A DNA stretch of 64,000 nucleotides from an uncultured virus (IMG/VR IMGVR_UViG_3300037991_001647). Taxonomy: Duplodnaviria > Heunggongvirae > Uroviricota > Caudoviricetes. The notes under the pieces were generated by a model. It searched no databases. It had not been told where the DNA came from and was given only the letters and a program-made list of their open reading frames with translations. Within the stretch, counting starts at the first letter, position 1. The number at the start of each line of letters is the position of its first letter. The translations under genes were made by a program, and so were the position numbers. This document shows positions 29,698 through 39,310 of this stretch, piece after piece. The stretch covers positions 1 to 64,000 of the IMG/VR virus record IMGVR_UViG_3300037991_001647, one strand, 5' to 3'.

Positions 29698-30243
29698 TTA
29701 TGCAACTAATTTGATATATTTCTCTGGCCAATCCAAATAATCCAACCAAACCTTATATTTTATAGATAAAGTAAAGTTTTTTTGTGCCATTAGATTGTAG
29801 AAATTTGGTTTAATTGGTGTTCTAGTAGGCTTGATATCAGTTCTAGAACCCTTATTCAGATTGCATTTTTTACAAGCAGTTACCATATTATCCCAACCAG
29901 ACTTACCGCCTTTGGATCTAGGTATCACGTGGTCTAGAGTTAGTTCTTTTGAATTAAAAGGTTGTGAACAATATTGGCAAGTATAATGGTCTCTTATGAA
30001 TACATTACGCCTAGAAAAATTAATACCTTCTCTATCTTGTTGTACATATTCACGTACTGCAATAACACTAGGGACTTTCATTGTGTGGCTAGGACTATGT
30101 ACTTCCCAATCCTCGTGCCATTCTACTACATTGATTTTATCTAACCATATAAGTTTAATGCTTTCCTGCCAAGTTAAAGTTGACAAGGGTGATAAACTTA
30201 ATGGTTTGTAATCCGCATTTAAAAGTAAGGTATCACTACTCAT
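29698..30243 (-). CDS. HNH endonuclease (McrA-like)
   Basis: LLLNADY.PL, RD.YTCQYC, TLDHVIPRSKGG..W.N.V.AC..CN..K. Confidence 0.92.
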   Translation of the reverse strand: MSSDTLLLNADYKPLSLSPLSTLTWQESIKLIWLDKINVVEWHEDWEVHSPSHTMKVPSVIAVREYVQQDREGINFSRRNVFIRDHYTCQYCSQPFNSKELTLDHVIPRSKGGKSGWDNMVTACKKCNLNKGSRTDIKPTRTPIKPNFYNLMAQKNFTLSIKYKVWLDYLDWPEKYIKLVA

Positions 30244-30275
30244 TAAATAAACTTTCTGAAATATTATAAAGTTAT

Positions 30276-31652
30276 TTATGCGGCTTTGTTATCGTAGTAT
30301 GCGTATTCGCCAAATGGAGGGACTATCTTATCGCTACCGTGAATAACGAAAAGTGATTCACAATAGTTTGCATTACCCCACGAACCAAACGGATAACCAT
30401 CTGTGAACATAATGAATTTATCAGGGTTGATATCATTCTCTTCCATAAAGTTGTAGTTACATTCGAAGTCAGTACCACCACAACCGATTGGAACATAATC
30501 TTTTAGTTCCTCAGCATTCATTGGAGTAAACTCTTTGAAAGACTCTTTGTATACCTGAGTATCAAAAGTCCAAATCTTGATGTTGAAATCTTGAAACTGT
30601 TGCATAATGCCATAGACTTCACCAAGAAAATCTTTTACCATTCTATCATCAATAGAACCTGAAACATCAAGACCAATAGCAAGATTGATTTTTTCTTCAT
30701 TGTCTTGACCAGGAAGATAGATACCCATTGACCTAGACTTCCTAGATTGTCTCATCCAAGTGAAGTCAGCCTTAAGTAAACTTTGTACTGAAAGATTAAT
30801 CATCTCCCTCCAGTCCATCTTAGGCTCTGTCATTTCCTTAATCATTCTTTTGATATCGCCAGGCATATTACCAGCACCAGCAGATTGAGCCGCCTGAATA
30901 ACAGCCTGTTTCATCTGGTCTTTAATTTGTTTTGCCTCTGCTTTAGAAATTTTGATTGGTGCTTTTCTACCTGTTGGATCATTACCAGCAGGAACACCTT
31001 CACCTTGCTTGTCACCATCTTTACCATCACCATTAAGGTGTATGTCTAAAGTTTGTTTGTCCTGATGCTTTTCTTTATTTGATAAAAGAACCTCATAAAT
31101 TTCCTCAGTATACTTACCGTGATATTGTGAGTCATACAATGCAGACTTTGGCATTACACCAATTTTGCTTTCAACACAAGCCTGATTAACTTTATAATCA
31201 GCGGCGATGTTCCACATCTTAGCATCACGTTTATCTTCTGGAAAATCTAATAGACGACCGCCTGTACCACAGTGGTCATAAACACAGTGCATTACCTCGT
31301 GACCAACTACAAAGTCAATCTCTTCCGGAGTTAATGTTCTGAAAAAATCTGGGTTGTAATAAAAATGTTTACCGTCAACTGCGGCTGTTGGACACCATTC
31401 TGCCTCAACCAATTTCAATCGTGTAGCAAGTGTACCAAAGAAAGGATGTTTGATAAGCATCCTAACACGACCTGCAACAATCATTTCTTTAACTTGAGCA
31501 TCAGTATAATCAAATACTACAGGCTCCTCAGAAGCCTCGTCAATCTCTACATTTGAATCTTTCAAAAGGTCATCAACTAAAGAATCTAAGTCTTTTTCTT
31601 CACCCATCATTTGGTCGTGTATTTGACCTTGCATTGCTTGTTCCGAGTTCAT
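30276..31652 (-). CDS. VWA-like domain protein with N-terminal HExxH metallopeptidase-like domain (DUF2201-type)
   Basis: PFFG.L, TAAVDG, HEVMH, WNIAAD, DVSGS (MIDAS), GGTDF, FTDG. Start is ATG 31652 (AAAGG RBS) or 31676. Confidence 0.88.
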   Translation of the reverse strand: MNSEQAMQGQIHDQMMGEEKDLDSLVDDLLKDSNVEIDEASEEPVVFDYTDAQVKEMIVAGRVRMLIKHPFFGTLATRLKLVEAEWCPTAAVDGKHFYYNPDFFRTLTPEEIDFVVGHEVMHCVYDHCGTGGRLLDFPEDKRDAKMWNIAADYKVNQACVESKIGVMPKSALYDSQYHGKYTEEIYEVLLSNKEKHQDKQTLDIHLNGDGKDGDKQGEGVPAGNDPTGRKAPIKISKAEAKQIKDQMKQAVIQAAQSAGAGNMPGDIKRMIKEMTEPKMDWREMINLSVQSLLKADFTWMRQSRKSRSMGIYLPGQDNEEKINLAIGLDVSGSIDDRMVKDFLGEVYGIMQQFQDFNIKIWTFDTQVYKESFKEFTPMNAEELKDYVPIGCGGTDFECNYNFMEENDINPDKFIMFTDGYPFGSWGNANYCESLFVIHGSDKIVPPFGEYAYYDNKAA

Positions 31653-31672
31653 TTTTGATATACCTTTCGCCT

Positions 31673-31718
31673 TCATTATGTATATATAATAACACGATTC
31701 TTGAATCTGTCAAGTTTT
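31673..31718 (-). promoter_or_regulatory. sigma70-type promoter with internal GATTC-N2-GAATC palindrome, copy 1 of a 46-bp repeat
   Basis: aaaacTTGACAgattcaagaatcgtgtTATTATatatacataatga on the - strand. Confidence 0.75.
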
Positions 31719-31727
31719 ACAAGGGTT

Positions 31728-32876
31728 TTATTTGATAAGGATACTAGCATTAGTACCACCAAAACCAAAGGAATTGCATAAAACTGACTTAATTTCGTGT
31801 GATTCTGATTTACTACGTATATTTGGACTATATCCGTCTAAAACCTCGTCTACGTTCACCGTAGGCGGTATAATGCGGTGTTTTAGAGACAATATAGATA
31901 GTGCTAATTCAATAGATCCTGCGGCGGCCATAAGATGTCCTATTTGAGATTTATTCGCAACTAATGGAACTTTTCCAAGTCCTAATCTATTAATAGCATC
32001 TAGTTCTACATAATCTCCTAATGGTGTACTTGTGGCGTGAGCATTAATTAAACCTGGGGTTTTACCTTTTAGTGTCTCTTTCATACATCTTTCAATTTGC
32101 TCACCTTCTGGATGAGGTGCGACAACCTGATATGCATCATTAGTCATAGCATATCCATCAATTTCGCATAGTGTATTTGCTTTAAATGTATTACTCAATA
32201 CGAATACTGCACCACCTTCACTTAACACTAATCCATCACGTTTAGTATCCCAAGGTCTTGATGCTATTTCTGGAGTATCATTATACTTGGTTGTCAATGC
32301 TCTTAACTTACACATTTGTTTAAATGCATCTTCTGTAATACACCAGTCGATTGCTCCAGCAATTACATTATCACATAGACCTGCCTCAATCATCATTGCA
32401 CCCCATATGACACTATAGATACCTGTACTACAAGCACTCATTGTAATTGTACTTGGACCTTTGAAACCATATTTTATATTGATATTGTTTGCAATCATAT
32501 TAGGACAAAATGTATAACTGTTATCCCTATTCTCTTTATTTGCTTGTAATGTTTCTAAGTACATTGCATATCCAGGAGATATCATAACACCTGTTCTATT
32601 GGGATCAAGGTCACTTGTATCTAAATCTGAAACTAAAGCAATAGCCCATTGCATATGTTCTGGTATTCTATCACGTTCTTGTTCTGTTATAATTGGATAA
32701 TCATCTGCATTGAAATGAAATTCACCTGCAACTTTTGACCTTGTATATCTACTTGCATCAGGATCGAATTTAGTTATTGGACCGTAACATACTTTATTAT
32801 CCGTAATGCCTTTCCAAGTATCATCTAAATTACCAAATGGTGTAAATGCTGACATTGAATTTATATATACGGTCAT
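31728..32876 (-). CDS. fabF: beta-ketoacyl-ACP synthase II-like
   Basis: SACSTG (catalytic Cys), SRPWD..RDG.V..EG, NAHATST, KSQIGH, NSFGFGGTN. Confidence 0.9.
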   Translation of the reverse strand: MTVYINSMSAFTPFGNLDDTWKGITDNKVCYGPITKFDPDASRYTRSKVAGEFHFNADDYPIITEQERDRIPEHMQWAIALVSDLDTSDLDPNRTGVMISPGYAMYLETLQANKENRDNSYTFCPNMIANNINIKYGFKGPSTITMSACSTGIYSVIWGAMMIEAGLCDNVIAGAIDWCITEDAFKQMCKLRALTTKYNDTPEIASRPWDTKRDGLVLSEGGAVFVLSNTFKANTLCEIDGYAMTNDAYQVVAPHPEGEQIERCMKETLKGKTPGLINAHATSTPLGDYVELDAINRLGLGKVPLVANKSQIGHLMAAAGSIELALSILSLKHRIIPPTVNVDEVLDGYSPNIRSKSESHEIKSVLCNSFGFGGTNASILIK

Positions 32877-33472
32877 AACTTCTCCATTGTATTAAAGTCT
32901 CTATAATGTAATTCATAAACATCTTGATATCTATTGTATAGCATTAGGTCTTTATGAATTAAAGTATACTTATTTTCTTTAGGAAACATTATCCTAGCAA
33001 CTCTTGAAAACTTATATTCTAACCCACTTGGATCAGGTACAGTATTTAATATTGTATTAACAGCCGTAACAATTTTAGTTGCACCTCTTTCAATACACCA
33101 ATCTACTGCGTAAGGTTGAATTGCTCTATGATGAAATTCATTTAATAGTCTATGGTCTTTAGTTCCACTAGCAGTACCTCTCCAAGGTTTTAAAGTATAA
33201 ACTCTATATGCAATCATATAACATTTAGGAGATACGTGAGGCAGATAATGAGCCGCACTCATTGATATCATTTTATCTTTATGTTTGATTACCCACCAAG
33301 CCTCTTCATCGCCCCATTTTCCAAACTTAATTTTAGAAAGTGAAGAATTATTATCCGCACCTTCATTGCCACATTCCTCTAAGAATGTTTTAAATTCATC
33401 TAAGTTTTCTGTAGTTACTTTATGAACCGAGAATTTAAGTTTATCTCGCCCTGTGAATTCGCCAAGTATCAT
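32873..33472 (-). CDS. GNAT-fold acyltransferase-like protein
   Basis: beta-strand pattern MISMSAA..IAYRVYTLKPWRG resembles GNAT motif A. Confidence 0.45.
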   Translation of the reverse strand: MILGEFTGRDKLKFSVHKVTTENLDEFKTFLEECGNEGADNNSSLSKIKFGKWGDEEAWWVIKHKDKMISMSAAHYLPHVSPKCYMIAYRVYTLKPWRGTASGTKDHRLLNEFHHRAIQPYAVDWCIERGATKIVTAVNTILNTVPDPSGLEYKFSRVARIMFPKENKYTLIHKDLMLYNRYQDVYELHYRDFNTMEKL

Positions 33473-34264
33473 CTATACACGTTTCAAAATTGCCCAAATT
33501 AAAAATCCTGCTGGATCAAACTCCCACCATTTATGTCCGAAATAATACTTACCTGGTTTTGCGTGATGATTATTGTGCCACGCCTCTCCTCCACTTAACC
33601 AAGCAAAGATTGGATTGTTGTTAGATTGGTCTTTAGTTTCAAACCAACGATAACCTAAAAATTTATAATGTGATAATACGCCATCTAAAATATGTCCTGC
33701 TATTGTGGCGTTCCAGAACCCACAGAAACATACGAATAGACCAAAGAATAATGGACCACCAATTAGTAATGCACCTAAATAGATTACTGCTTGGTACTTC
33801 CAATAATGTCTGTGAAAGAATACAATACTAGGCTCTTTAAATAAATCACGACCTGAACTTGTGTATCCACCAGACTTTGCAAATCTTCCTGTTGCTCCTC
33901 TAAACCAACCTATTACGTGAGGTGAATGAGGATCGTTTTCTGTATCTGAATGTTTGTGATGATATCTATGAAATAAAACTGTAACTAATGGTGAACCTGG
34001 TGATCCGTGACAAAACATTGCCATCATTAACCACTTGACCCATTCACTTGGCTTCCAACTATGATGTGATGCCCATCTGTGAAATCCTGCATTTGCACCT
34101 ATGCACATTACAAGATATGCCCATACGAATGCCCAACCTAGCATAGACCAAGCACCTATATACATTGCATAAGGTACGGCTATTGCAGTTACAATGGCAT
34201 TAAATATCCATTGCGTGTGCATTTTTCTTTCGTAATCAAACGATATTCCTAGAAACTTTCGCAA
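33473..34264 (-). CDS. membrane fatty-acid (delta-9 type) desaturase
   Basis: His boxes HRWASH, HRYHH..SD...DPHSP and GEAWHNNHH, plus EFDP. Probable start is TTG 34264 behind GGAGG (the ORF track extends to 34351). Confidence 0.92.
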   Translation of the reverse strand: MRKFLGISFDYERKMHTQWIFNAIVTAIAVPYAMYIGAWSMLGWAFVWAYLVMCIGANAGFHRWASHHSWKPSEWVKWLMMAMFCHGSPGSPLVTVLFHRYHHKHSDTENDPHSPHVIGWFRGATGRFAKSGGYTSSGRDLFKEPSIVFFHRHYWKYQAVIYLGALLIGGPLFFGLFVCFCGFWNATIAGHILDGVLSHYKFLGYRWFETKDQSNNNPIFAWLSGGEAWHNNHHAKPGKYYFGHKWWEFDPAGFLIWAILKRV

Positions 34265-35930
34265 GTACTTCCTCCAAAACTTGTTTATGGTCTTTACCAT
34301 CAAATAAGAATTTTCTATGCCAATCGTAGGCGTGAGGTGCGTACTTGGCATTCTCTTTACTTGATGTATGGATATAGTTAAACATTGTGTTTGCCTTCTC
34401 CATTAATTCTCTCTTTGTATTTAGTTCGATTTTATCATCAAATTTATTCATATATACGGCTAACATAGCCCACATAAAGTCTGGATACACACCGTTACCT
34501 ATATAGTTTACAGGTCTTCTGTAATGTTTCCAACACGCCTCTTTATGATTATGGTCAATACCGTATTGTTTTTGTTTCTTCCAGAAAGGTGTATCCTCTC
34601 TATCTGTTAATGTAAAGTGATAAGCAATAAAGTCTGCAATACCATCTTCTAATTTGCACATATTTCTATTGTAAGCATTAATTGATGATGGACCAATTAC
34701 TTCATCTGCCTCTTTAGCACGATTAATAATTCTGTTTGTTAATTGAATACAAGCCTGTGCAACATATAATGAATTTGCTTCCATTGGTTCTACGAATGCA
34801 CCTGCCATTCCGATACCAACAACATTTTTATTCCAAGGAGTTTGCATACGACCTGACTCCCAAGTTATATGTCTTGGTTCTTTTATAAATTCATATCCAT
34901 CCCAATATTTGATAAACTTTTCTTTTGCATCTTCCGGAGAGATTTCAGTTCTATCAAAAATATATCCTGAACCCATACGATTGAATAATGAAATAATAAA
35001 TGTCCAACCTTCATCACAAGCATAACTTTGTGTATAAGGTCTAAACTCTTTATATACATCGTTGTATTTTACTGGACCTACGATTGCATCACGTGTAAAG
35101 ATATGGTCATAATTATGCCAACCATTATCCATAGTACCTGTTAAAATTCTATTAAAGCCTGTACAATCACAGAATAAATCTGCCTCGTGTTCAGAACCAT
35201 CTTCTAAAACTAACTTTTGAATATAACCTTCTGCGTCTTTAGATATATGTTGTACGTGACCTTTAACGTGTTTAACTCCGTGAGGTATAGCAACTCTATC
35301 TCTAACTACTTCTGGAAATCTTTCTGCATCTACGTGATATGTTTTTGCCTGCCAAGAACCAACTAGAATATTATCATCCATATCAAATGGTGCTTTATTC
35401 ATATCCATTAAGAATGTTGCCTCTTGCATATCCTCTGACATTTCCCACCAGTTCTTTCTCTTATCTCTAAGCAACTGTAACCAGTAGTCATTCCATTTAT
35501 CATCGATACCAGGTTTACCTTTTGAGTTATGGAAAAAGTCTTCTGTATCTAATTGATGATAGAAACTAGTTGTTAAATGTTTTTCTGGTAATGTAAATGA
35601 AAACGAGAAATATTGTTCATCGTATTTGGAGCACCACCAATGATTAGTAACGTGGTCACGTTTGCCTGGTATATTCCAACCAACAAACTTGTTACCTAGT
35701 TTATAAATCGAATTTGTGTGGTGCATCCAATCACGTTCTTCGATCCCCATTTCTTTAAAGAAGTCTCCTAGTTGTGGAATAGTACTTTCACCCACACCTA
35801 GAATACCTATCTTATCACTTTCGATAAGTGTAATATCAATCTCTGGATTCTTGTATTTTAAATATCCGGCAGTAAACCAACCTGCGGCTCCGCCTCCTAA
35901 TATGACAATTTTATTTACTTTACTTTTCAT
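34236..35930 (-). CDS. flavin-dependent halogenase, tryptophan halogenase family
   Basis: GGGAAGW, GVGEST, YKLG (catalytic-Lys region), YHVDA, DCTGF, GWTFII (variant of WxWxI), R.GSGY, FVEPMEA. Confidence 0.88.
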   Translation of the reverse strand: MKSKVNKIVILGGGAAGWFTAGYLKYKNPEIDITLIESDKIGILGVGESTIPQLGDFFKEMGIEERDWMHHTNSIYKLGNKFVGWNIPGKRDHVTNHWWCSKYDEQYFSFSFTLPEKHLTTSFYHQLDTEDFFHNSKGKPGIDDKWNDYWLQLLRDKRKNWWEMSEDMQEATFLMDMNKAPFDMDDNILVGSWQAKTYHVDAERFPEVVRDRVAIPHGVKHVKGHVQHISKDAEGYIQKLVLEDGSEHEADLFCDCTGFNRILTGTMDNGWHNYDHIFTRDAIVGPVKYNDVYKEFRPYTQSYACDEGWTFIISLFNRMGSGYIFDRTEISPEDAKEKFIKYWDGYEFIKEPRHITWESGRMQTPWNKNVVGIGMAGAFVEPMEANSLYVAQACIQLTNRIINRAKEADEVIGPSSINAYNRNMCKLEDGIADFIAYHFTLTDREDTPFWKKQKQYGIDHNHKEACWKHYRRPVNYIGNGVYPDFMWAMLAVYMNKFDDKIELNTKRELMEKANTMFNYIHTSSKENAKYAPHAYDWHRKFLFDGKDHKQVLEEVLAKVSRNIV

Positions 35931-37297
35931 TCCGTCTCCACAAACTTTTCTCTAACTAGTTGCCTCTGAACTTTACCCATTTTATTTCTAGGTAAAGATT
36001 CTTTAGTAACTATAATTTCTTTTGGTAACTCATACTGAAACAATTTATCTTTAATAAAGTTCAATAAATCAATACTATTTATCTCTGAATCCGATACACA
36101 AACTGCGACAATCTCTTTCTCTCCAAGGTCTCTATCTCTATATGTAACACAAACTTCATCAATATTAGGGTGTACTAATAAAGCATTTTCTATACCTACA
36201 GGAGATACGTTAAAACTATTTACTTTTATTAAATCATTCTGCCTTGATTTGTAAAATAATAGATTATGTTTACGTTCAAATACATCACCTGTACACCAGT
36301 ATCCTTCGCTATCTATAGGTGCATCATAGTTTATATAACCTTTCATAAGAGGTATACCTCTTAACCAAAGCACATTAAATCTATCTAATTTATATTCATA
36401 ATTTTTAGTTACGTGTAATTGTAAAGGATGTTCATCATTTGGTTTAATTAAATTCGTAAAAGGCGGGACGTGTGTTTCTGTACAACCATAAAAGTTTCTT
36501 ATCTGAGGAACACCCATATCAAATAATGTATTCAACATCTCCTCAGGTATAACTGTACTACCAACACATAATGTCTTCCAATGAGACATATCGTGTTCAC
36601 TCCAGCCTCTAGTTTTTGATAAAGCAATCATCATAGCAGGAACGATAAGACCTATAGTTGGTTTCCAATTCTTTAGTAGTTCAATAAACTTTCGTGGATT
36701 AAACATTTCCATTACAACCGTAGAACCTTTCATTAGACCTGGCAGAGGAAATAGATATAAGCCTGCAATAGTTGATGGTGGGAGTTGTGCTAACACTACA
36801 TCGTTTTCCTTCATCTCCAAAATTTCCATACTTTGGACACACGCAGTTACACACGCCAACCTATTGTGAGCCACTGCTTTAGGTTCACCAGTTGTACCAC
36901 TAGTGAATATAACAGTGAATAGGTCGTTAATACTCCTCGTATAAACTAAACCCTTATTGTGAGGTTTGAGGTTTGTTGCATCCTCTTCGCTGAGAATGAC
37001 ATGGTCAGGTTTACTTGCTGACTTGATACCTTCGATTACTTTATCTGGTAGATTTGGAAACGTTGGCATAAATGTAATACCTAAGGCATCACAAGCCAAT
37101 ACCATTCTTACGTAATGATATTCTTTATCACTGGCAAATAAAACTTTATCGCCTGGACTCATAGCAGTTGACAGTATTGCTATTAACTTTTCAATACTTT
37201 CAACCAGTTCCTTATATGTATACTGTTTATCGTGACATACAAGGGCGAGTTTATCGCCATTAGTTTTAGCCCGTGCTTTTATTGTTTCCCAAATCAT
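35927..37297 (-). CDS. AMP-dependent acyl-CoA/acyl-ACP ligase (ANL superfamily)
   Basis: FTSGTTGEPKAV, FYGCTET, TGD, R..DLIK, LPRNKMGKV. Confidence 0.9.
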   Translation of the reverse strand: MIWETIKARAKTNGDKLALVCHDKQYTYKELVESIEKLIAILSTAMSPGDKVLFASDKEYHYVRMVLACDALGITFMPTFPNLPDKVIEGIKSASKPDHVILSEEDATNLKPHNKGLVYTRSINDLFTVIFTSGTTGEPKAVAHNRLACVTACVQSMEILEMKENDVVLAQLPPSTIAGLYLFPLPGLMKGSTVVMEMFNPRKFIELLKNWKPTIGLIVPAMMIALSKTRGWSEHDMSHWKTLCVGSTVIPEEMLNTLFDMGVPQIRNFYGCTETHVPPFTNLIKPNDEHPLQLHVTKNYEYKLDRFNVLWLRGIPLMKGYINYDAPIDSEGYWCTGDVFERKHNLLFYKSRQNDLIKVNSFNVSPVGIENALLVHPNIDEVCVTYRDRDLGEKEIVAVCVSDSEINSIDLLNFIKDKLFQYELPKEIIVTKESLPRNKMGKVQRQLVREKFVETE

Positions 37298-37302
37298 TCC
37301 TT

Positions 37303-37331
37303 ATTATAACAAAAAAAGGGAGAGAAGTCAA
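37303..37331 (-). promoter_or_regulatory. sigma70-type promoter overlapping a terminator
   Basis: TTGACT-N17-TATAAT, with the ATG 5 nt after the -10 box. Confidence 0.7.
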
Positions 37332-37344
37332 TACCTCTCTCCCT
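37311..37344 (-). terminator. Rho-independent terminator after the AAA ATPase
   Basis: AGGGAGAGAGG-tattga-CTTCTCTCCCT stem running into a 7-T tract on the - strand. Confidence 0.8.
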
Positions 37345-37369
37345 GCTTTAACGCAGTAAGTGTCTGCTC

Positions 37370-38497
37370 TTATGCGTTATGAGCCTCGATAATTAGTTTA
37401 CCATACTGCTTGAAGAAGTCCTCGATACAAGGAACTTTTCTAGGCTCTAGTGGAAGTTTGTAAACTTTCAATGCAGTTCTACCACCTAGAACAATCATTT
37501 CAGTTTCAAAGTTGTCCATCATAAACTTGAAAAAGTTATTAGCCATTTTGTACAACTCGTCCATTTTGCCTTTGTTCTTATCAGCAAACTCCTTCAGTTC
37601 ATAACAAAGTGAAGTTGTAAGTGAGAACATTGCAGAGATTTCCTTACCCTCTCTTGAAAGTGTTTTTACTTTACCTGAAAGAATATCAGTAGGGTTTGGA
37701 AGTTTCCCAGAAATAGCCCTGTGAGCCATAAACTTTGTTGCGATACCATCACCAACAGTACCAGCAATCAAATCGTGCAACTTGCTATCCTCGATAGTCT
37801 CACCTTCTACTGGAAGAAGTTGACTAGTAAAAGTCCAAGACCTTGGAGTAGCAAAAGCCCTTGATGCAGTTCTAGGGTCAAAGTTAAACAAGTCCATCTT
37901 GTTTGATGTTAAGTAACCAACAACATCAGAATGGATTTTGTTAGTGATTGCCCATACCTGCCAATCGTTAAAATCAACACCCATTTCTAAGTGTACGAAC
38001 CTGTTAGCAAGTGGAGAAGGCATTCTATAAGCAACACCTCTATCGCTCTCCCTGTTACCAGCCGCCACGATAAGAACGTTATCAGGAAGTTTATAACTAC
38101 CTAAACGTCTATTAAGAATAAGTTGATAAGCCGCCGCCTGAACAGATTGCGGTGCTTGGTTCATTTCGTCCAAAAACAATACAATGTTTTCAAACTGGTC
38201 AGCCAACTCTTGAGTAGGCAAATCAGCAGGCGGAGCCCACATCATTTGACCTGTTTTATCATTGTAATAAGGGATACCCCTTAAGTCAGTTGGCTCCATA
38301 AGAGCAAGTCTCAGGTCAATCATATAACCTGAACGTTCCTGAGTGATTGTTTCAACAATCTCAGATTTACCGACACCCGGAGGGCCCCACAAAAAGATTG
38401 GTCGCTTTCTATTAAAAGCATAATTTACTTCATCTTTGATATCGCTAGGCTTAACGATCCTAACATCCATATCATTCATTGAAACTTGAGCAGACAT
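37370..38497 (-). CDS. MoxR-like AAA+ ATPase
   Basis: Walker A GPPGVGKS, EPTDLRGIP, Walker B LFLDE, AAGNR, PLANRF, TPRSW. Start is ATG 38497 (AAAGGA RBS) or 38521. Confidence 0.92.
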   Translation of the reverse strand: MSAQVSMNDMDVRIVKPSDIKDEVNYAFNRKRPIFLWGPPGVGKSEIVETITQERSGYMIDLRLALMEPTDLRGIPYYNDKTGQMMWAPPADLPTQELADQFENIVLFLDEMNQAPQSVQAAAYQLILNRRLGSYKLPDNVLIVAAGNRESDRGVAYRMPSPLANRFVHLEMGVDFNDWQVWAITNKIHSDVVGYLTSNKMDLFNFDPRTASRAFATPRSWTFTSQLLPVEGETIEDSKLHDLIAGTVGDGIATKFMAHRAISGKLPNPTDILSGKVKTLSREGKEISAMFSLTTSLCYELKEFADKNKGKMDELYKMANNFFKFMMDNFETEMIVLGGRTALKVYKLPLEPRKVPCIEDFFKQYGKLIIEAHNA

Positions 38498-38517
38498 ATT
38501 TTCAGTTCCTTTCTTTG

Positions 38518-38563
38518 TCATTATGTATACACTATAACACGATTCTCGAATCTGTCAAGTTTT
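38518..38563 (-). promoter_or_regulatory. sigma70-type promoter with GATTC-N2-GAATC palindrome, copy 2 of the 46-bp repeat
   Basis: aaaacTTGACAgattcgagaatcgtgtTATAGTgtatacataatga on the - strand. Confidence 0.75.
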
Positions 38564-38586
38564 GGAACTATAAAAAAATGCTTATT

Positions 38587-38961
38587 TTAGTTGATTTTTG
38601 AGATTTTATCTTTGGCCTCTACCCAATCTTCTAAACCTATGAGTGAAATTTGAGCGGCCACTGATTCTTCATACAACTTGAGGTATGCTCTTGATGAATA
38701 ATATGGACTATTTAGGTATCTATCAAGAATCAGTACCATTTTCCCTGACTTTTCTAGTTTCATACCAGCATCAGTTTTGATAGGGATTCGGTACTCTTTA
38801 AAATGTTTCGCTAGGATATTTGATCCAAATGATGTTAATCTAAAGTTTTCTTTATCACTTGAGGAACTAATAAAGATATCATTGACCCGAAACTCTTTAC
38901 GTCCGGCTTTACGCCCTTTAGTATTTGCGTTAAGATACTTTATGACCTCTGACTTTAACAC
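38587..38961 (-). CDS. hypothetical protein
   Basis: 124 aa ORF with FRLT..G and LDRYL..PYY. Confidence 0.65.
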   Translation of the reverse strand: MLKSEVIKYLNANTKGRKAGRKEFRVNDIFISSSSDKENFRLTSFGSNILAKHFKEYRIPIKTDAGMKLEKSGKMVLILDRYLNSPYYSSRAYLKLYEESVAAQISLIGLEDWVEAKDKISKIN

Positions 38962-39251
38962 TATTCCAACTCAAGTTTTTCGCCTTTTGTTAGAACGTAT
39001 ACTTCAAAATCATCACATTTAAATAATGTATTCAATCTTTGTGCTAGATTTATTGCGTGTCCTGGATTTGAAAAAGAAACTTTCTTATATTTTGGACCTG
39101 GAAAGTTGACCAAAGAATTAAGACTACGTAAGTTAATAGCAATACCCTTATGAAAGACCGCATAAACAGCCTCTGCTTTAAGTACTTGCTCACTTCTATA
39201 CGTCTTATTATCCGTATGCTCTAATAATATAGTTGGTTTTGGTCTCGCCAT
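38961..39251 (-). CDS. hypothetical phage protein
   Basis: 96 aa, MARPKPTILLE...GPKYKKVSFSNPGHA. Preceded by GATAAATA. Confidence 0.75.
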   Translation of the reverse strand: MARPKPTILLEHTDNKTYRSEQVLKAEAVYAVFHKGIAINLRSLNSLVNFPGPKYKKVSFSNPGHAINLAQRLNTLFKCDDFEVYVLTKGEKLELE

Positions 39252-39279
39252 AATATTTTTATTCTCTTTTGTTATATAC

Positions 39280-39287
39280 TATTTATC
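39280..39287 (-). promoter_or_regulatory. late-promoter-like GATAAATA
   Basis: Intergenic, upstream of ATG 39251. Confidence 0.45.
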
Positions 39288-39310
39288 ATATTTTTGGTTA
39301 TATTCGAACA

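Noticed and set aside
29698..30243. HNH gene as an intron-encoded or mobile homing endonuclease
   Set aside because: It is freestanding between intact genes, with no interrupted host gene or intron structure visible.
34265..34351. Long overlap of desaturase and halogenase
   Set aside because: TTG at 34264 with a GGAGG RBS gives a normal short overlap.
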